A DNA stretch of 64,000 bases, from contig CAYWJS010000001.1 in the NCBI GenBank assembly GCA_964458855.1, positions 170,927 to 234,926 of the forward strand, in the 5' to 3' direction. The translations under genes were made by a program, and so were the position numbers. The number at the start of each line of letters is the position of its first letter. Position 1 is the stretch's first letter. The notes under the pieces are model-generated. The model was not told the origin of the DNA. It did not search any database and saw only the letters and a list, made by a program, of their open reading frames with translations. This DNA comes from an uncultured Erysipelotrichia bacterium. Lineage in GTDB: Bacteria; Bacillota_I; Bacilli_A; CAYWJS01. This document shows positions 60,617-64,000 of the stretch, piece after piece.

Positions 60617-61510
60617 ATGAAAAAGAGGAGTTTAATTTTAATAATATTACTAATAATGAGTTCATTGCTACTTATTTATGGGATATCTTCAGCAAGGTAT
60701 ATTTCTACTTCCGTATGGGATTATTATTTAAGGGCGAAGGAATTTTATTTTACAAGTGATTTTTTAGATGTAACACCTGTTAAAACGGTTAATACATTAT
60801 GGGATGGTAAAAAAGTAACCTTTAACATTAAAAATAATTTAAATGTAATTGCAATAACTGATTATGATATTGAATATATAGTAACTTGTACAATAAAAGG
60901 AGATATGGCATCACATGCTCAGTGTAAATTAAATGGGACAACTGAAAACACTTTTGAAAGTATTTTAGAAAATTCAAAACATTGTGTAAACAGAAAAGAA
61001 ACAGGTGTTGATGTAAGTGAATTTACTGAAATAGAATGTATTGAAGCAGGTTATGATTGGGAAAATAAAATCTCTATGGAAGAGCTGTATTTTGAAATTA
61101 TTCCAAATAATCCAAACGATGAACTGAATAAAATAGAGGTAAATATTACAGTTGAAAGTACTAAACCTTATAAGAAAACTTTAACAGGGGATTTTGTATT
61201 AGAAAAACCCAACTTAAAAGAAGAAGTTAAAATGGTTCTTAAAAGTTATGATGATTACGAGGAGTTAATTGTAACAAATTCATATAATCAAAGAAAGTGC
61301 ATAAAAATATCTTGGGATTCTAGCAAATTAAGGCTTGATGCGAGTCCAAATAATTTTAGTTCTTATCTCGCGGATACAAATGGTTTTATCAAAGAAATTA
61401 AATTCAATATAAATGCAAAGAGTAACTTAAACTTAATGTTTTACCGTGTGTATTTTAATTTAGAAGTTGGTATTGATGATTTTATACTAACTGAAAGTAG
61501 CGGTTGTTAA
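60617..61510 (+). CDS. L10: secreted protein with a signal peptide ending ..YGISSA|RY
   Basis: GAGGTG RBS and one N-terminal hydrophobic helix. Contains the KKVTFNIKNNLN strand motif. Confidence 0.7.
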   Translation: MKKRSLILIILLIMSSLLLIYGISSARYISTSVWDYYLRAKEFYFTSDFLDVTPVKTVNTLWDGKKVTFNIKNNLNVIAITDYDIEYIVTCTIKGDMASHAQCKLNGTTENTFESILENSKHCVNRKETGVDVSEFTEIECIEAGYDWENKISMEELYFEIIPNNPNDELNKIEVNITVESTKPYKKTLTGDFVLEKPNLKEEVKMVLKSYDDYEELIVTNSYNQRKCIKISWDSSKLRLDASPNNFSSYLADTNGFIKEIKFNINAKSNLNLMFYRVYFNLEVGIDDFILTESSGC

Positions 61511-61581
61511 CATTATTCCTTTATTAAGAAATCTTATTGCTATGTCAAATTTTGTATGTTATTATGTAAGTAGGTGGTAAA

Positions 61582-62133
61582 ATGAAAGTATTGGGGATTA
61601 TTAAGAAAGTTGTAAAGGTTATTATTTTAACTGTTTTTTTTGTTTATGCTATATTTATGAGTATATTATTGTTAAATATAAATAAATATGGTGTTACACA
61701 AATTGATAATATTTCCTTTGTTATTTTAAGAGAAGAGCTATCCTCAGATAAGTATAAAAAAGGCGATTTATTATTAATTGAATCAAAGAAAATTAATAGA
61801 ATTAACGAAGGCGATGAAATATTTGTTTATGTTGTAGATAGCACAGGAATCCCAAGTATTGATTTAGGTATTATAGCGGGGAAAAATATAGAGAAAAATT
61901 ATATTACTTTTAAAAATGGTTCTGCTTATGATATGCAGTTTGTAATTGGAGAGACAGTAAAAGTTTATAATGGTATCGGATTGTATCTTTCATTTTTACA
62001 ATCAACGTGGGGATTTTTATTTACTGTTTTAATTCCTGTTTTTCTAATCTTTATTTACCAAGTTTATGCTCTAATTATAGAAATTAAATTTGGTGATGAA
62101 GAAGAAATGAAAGAAAAGATAGAAGAAATATAA
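61582..62133 (+). CDS. L11: SipW-like (S26B-like) two-TM protein lacking any histidine; probable pseudo-peptidase
   Basis: Same N-TM / beta core / C-TM layout as L12, with aligned blocks KKGDLLLIES~NPGDLVIVKL and ITFKNGSAYD~YVTKGDANNAYD. GSM is replaced and there is no His in 183 aa. Confidence 0.6.
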   Translation: MKVLGIIKKVVKVIILTVFFVYAIFMSILLLNINKYGVTQIDNISFVILREELSSDKYKKGDLLLIESKKINRINEGDEIFVYVVDSTGIPSIDLGIIAGKNIEKNYITFKNGSAYDMQFVIGETVKVYNGIGLYLSFLQSTWGFLFTVLIPVFLIFIYQVYALIIEIKFGDEEEMKEKIEEI

Positions 62134-62157
62134 AATAAGGTAAAATTAAGATAAAAA

Positions 62158-62192
62158 AGCCACATAATTTAGTTAATTATGTGCTTTTTTTA
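62158..62192 (+). terminator. Terminator after L11
   Basis: CACATAATT-tagtt-AATTATGTG then c and ttttttt. Confidence 0.65.
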
Positions 62193-62216
62193 TTTTGTAA
62201 TAAATACTTTGATAAC

Positions 62217-62245
62217 ATTGTAAAATGCCATTAGGTATGGTAATA
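62217..62245 (+). promoter_or_regulatory. Putative L12 promoter
   Basis: TTGTAA, 17-nt spacer ending in TGg, then TAATAT. Confidence 0.35.
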
Positions 62246-62287
62246 TTTTATATAGATTAACCCTTTTTGCGAAGTAGGAATGATAGT

Positions 62288-64000
62288 ATGAAGTCACAGA
62301 TAAGTTTGTTAGAAAGATTTGTTAATTTTGTTTTAAATATATTAATTTTTATTTTTGGCGTAATTATTCTAATTTTGGTTTATGCCAATTTTCAAACAAA
62401 AATTCTTGGTAATAATTATAATGACTTTTTTGGTTATTCTTTCTTTGAAGTACAAACAGGAAGTATGGCGGATACTATCAATCCAGGAGACTTAGTAATA
62501 GTAAAACTTACTGATAATATAAAGTTAAATGATGTTGTAACTTTTAGACTTGGAAGCGACTATATTACTCATCGGGTTATGCAAATACTTCCAGATGGAA
62601 GTTATGTAACTAAAGGGGATGCAAATAATGCTTATGATGAACCAGTAAATAAAAACCAAATTATTGGTAAAGTAGTAAAAATTATTCCTGGTGTTGGAAT
62701 CATAAGAAAAACAATTCTTGAACCAAGCGTTATAATTACGATTTTAATTACAATTTGGTTATTTACTTTAGCGCTTAAAGATGAAAAAGAAGGAAAAGCA
62801 TCAGAAATTAAAAAAGAAAGAAAATATGTTTCATGGGATACAATTTGGGAAAAAACAAGTGCCTTTTTTGTCTATTTAGGAAATGGTATAGTATTTCTTA
62901 CTAAAAGAATTCTTGCTTTCCTTATAAAAGTAAAAGAGATTATTATAAAATTTATTGTAAAGATTAGGGAAGTAATTAAATTCTTATACTTAAAATTAAA
63001 AGAAGCATTGAGACTTCTTGGAGAAAAAATAGTTATTCTTTATTCGAAAATTAAAGATGAACTAATTCAGTTATTTAAGAAACTTTCAAAATTATTTATT
63101 AAACTAAAAGAATTTATAAAGAAAAAAGCAAAATTATTATGGCAAATTTTAAAAGTGTGGACAGATAAATTTATTAAGAAAATTTCTGCTTTCTTAGTTA
63201 TAGCAAAAGAAACATTAAAAAAGGTATTTAAGACTTTAATTTTAAAACTAAAAGTAGGATTTAAAGTATTTTTTGAATTCTTAAAAAAGATTTTTAAGAA
63301 GGTAAGTGATGCGATGGTTTTAGTTTTTAATAATGTTCGCAAAAAAGTAAAAAAAATAGTTGAAGATTTAAAAAATAAATTTAAAAAAGAAGAAGTGATT
63401 ACTACTAGTGATGAAAAAAAAGAAGAGGTAATAGGTGAAACTTTAGACGAAGAACTAACAGAAAGCATAAAACCTGAAGAAACCATTGAGTTAGATACGA
63501 AGATAACAATTGATTCGATTGAGATTGAAAAAACATACTTAGAAATTGCTGAAAATGAGTTAAAGAAGAGTCAAAAAGAGAAAGAAAAAGAAAAAAAGAA
63601 AAAGGTAGTTAAACCTAAACCAAAGAAAAAAGAACAAAAACCAAAAAGTGAGGATTTAACTGAACTAGAATTAAAAATTTTAAAGAAAAATAAGAAAGCA
63701 AGTGTTATAGAAGCTTTTGAATTAATAAAAGAAGAAGAATTAACAAAAATAATGAAAATAATACTTAGAAGAGACAAAACTTTTATTAAGATGTCAACGG
63801 TGGAAAAGAAGTTTTTAAAGACATATATTGATGCAAGATATTATAATTTTCATGTTTTTGAAGCAGTTTATAGTAGTAATAATTATATTACCAAAATAAA
63901 AAGAACATTAAAAAAACTTGCTTCTAAACTAGTTGAAGATTATAAAGGAAGTAATCCAAAATATGGTGATATTGTAAATAAATATTTAAAACTTTTTGTC
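62288..64000 (+). CDS. sipW: L12: archaeal/ER-type signal peptidase I (SipW-like, S26B) fused to a >400-aa Lys-rich amphipathic extension; 3' end outside window
   Basis: This ORF is not in the track because it has no stop within the window; I read it codon by codon from ATG 62288. It has an N-terminal TM, VQTGSMADTINPGDLVIV (Ser codon 62462-62464), ITHRV (His codon 62570-62572), TKGDANNAYDEP and a second TM. The frame then stays open to nt 64000. Confidence 0.8.
   Translation, partial: MKSQISLLERFVNFVLNILIFIFGVIILILVYANFQTKILGNNYNDFFGYSFFEVQTGSMADTINPGDLVIVKLTDNIKLNDVVTFRLGSDYITHRVMQILPDGSYVTKGDANNAYDEPVNKNQIIGKVVKIIPGVGIIRKTILEPSVIITILITIWLFTLALKDEKEGKASEIKKERKYVSWDTIWEKTSAFFVYLGNGIVFLTKRILAFLIKVKEIIIKFIVKIREVIKFLYLKLKEALRLLGEKIVILYSKIKDELIQLFKKLSKLFIKLKEFIKKKAKLLWQILKVWTDKFIKKISAFLVIAKETLKKVFKTLILKLKVGFKVFFEFLKKIFKKVSDAMVLVFNNVRKKVKKIVEDLKNKFKKEEVITTSDEKKEEVIGETLDEELTESIKPEETIELDTKITIDSIEIEKTYLEIAENELKKSQKEKEKEKKKKVVKPKPKKKEQKPKSEDLTELELKILKKNKKASVIEAFELIKEEELTKIMKIILRRDKTFIKMSTVEKKFLKTYIDARYYNFHVFEAVYSSNNYITKIKRTLKKLASKLVEDYKGSNPKYGDIVNKYLKLFV

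Noticed and set aside
63067-63777. Minus-strand ORFs 63067..63486 and 63571..63777
   Set aside because: They are antisense to the Lys-rich (AAA/AAG) extension of L12, and their Phe/Ser/Leu-rich low-complexity translations are the mirror image of that tract. The plus-strand frame is continuous with the peptidase domain.

Overview
This is a strongly AT-rich window from a low-GC Gram-positive (Bacillota-type) chromosome that uses the standard genetic code. TGA is used as a stop codon, and tRNA-Trp has a CCA anticodon. Nt 1-39,100 hold a housekeeping block with Bacillus-like order: tilS-ftsH-(hslO)-dusB-lysS ... clpC, tlyA-dxs, cysS-mrnC, rlmB-sigH-secE-nusG-rplKAJL-rpoBC-rpsLG-fusA-tuf. A class II ribonucleotide reductase (RNR) gene lies on the minus strand, and there are a few lineage-specific inserts. 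Nt 39,100-49,300 are a mixed patch. It holds tRNA-Cys, tRNA-Trp, orphan genes, cell-wall and germination-type hydrolases (LysM amidase, CwlJ/SleB-like), an Abi_2 gene overlapping htrA, and a GC-rich structured intergenic element. It also holds a groES-groEL operon with a CIRCE operator (the HrcA binding site) in which groEL is only a remnant. hslO is also decayed. Nt 49,300-64,000 are the most unusual part: twelve co-oriented genes, labelled L1-L12 here. They encode a family of secreted or anchored paralogs whose signal anchors end in a conserved (S/T)xYA|WF-type site. Three of them carry C-terminal DUF5011 Ig-like domains and near-identical promoter cassettes. The locus also contains accessory proteins of unknown function, a histidine-free signal-peptidase-like protein, and an archaeal/ER-type (SipW-like, S26B) signal peptidase fused to a long amphipathic repeat extension that runs off the window. 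I read this as a candidate, apparently undescribed TasA/SipW-like surface-fibre or matrix system. I recognised no rRNA, CRISPR array, transposase or integrase. All coordinates and motifs were read by eye from the sequence and ORF track; no searches were run.
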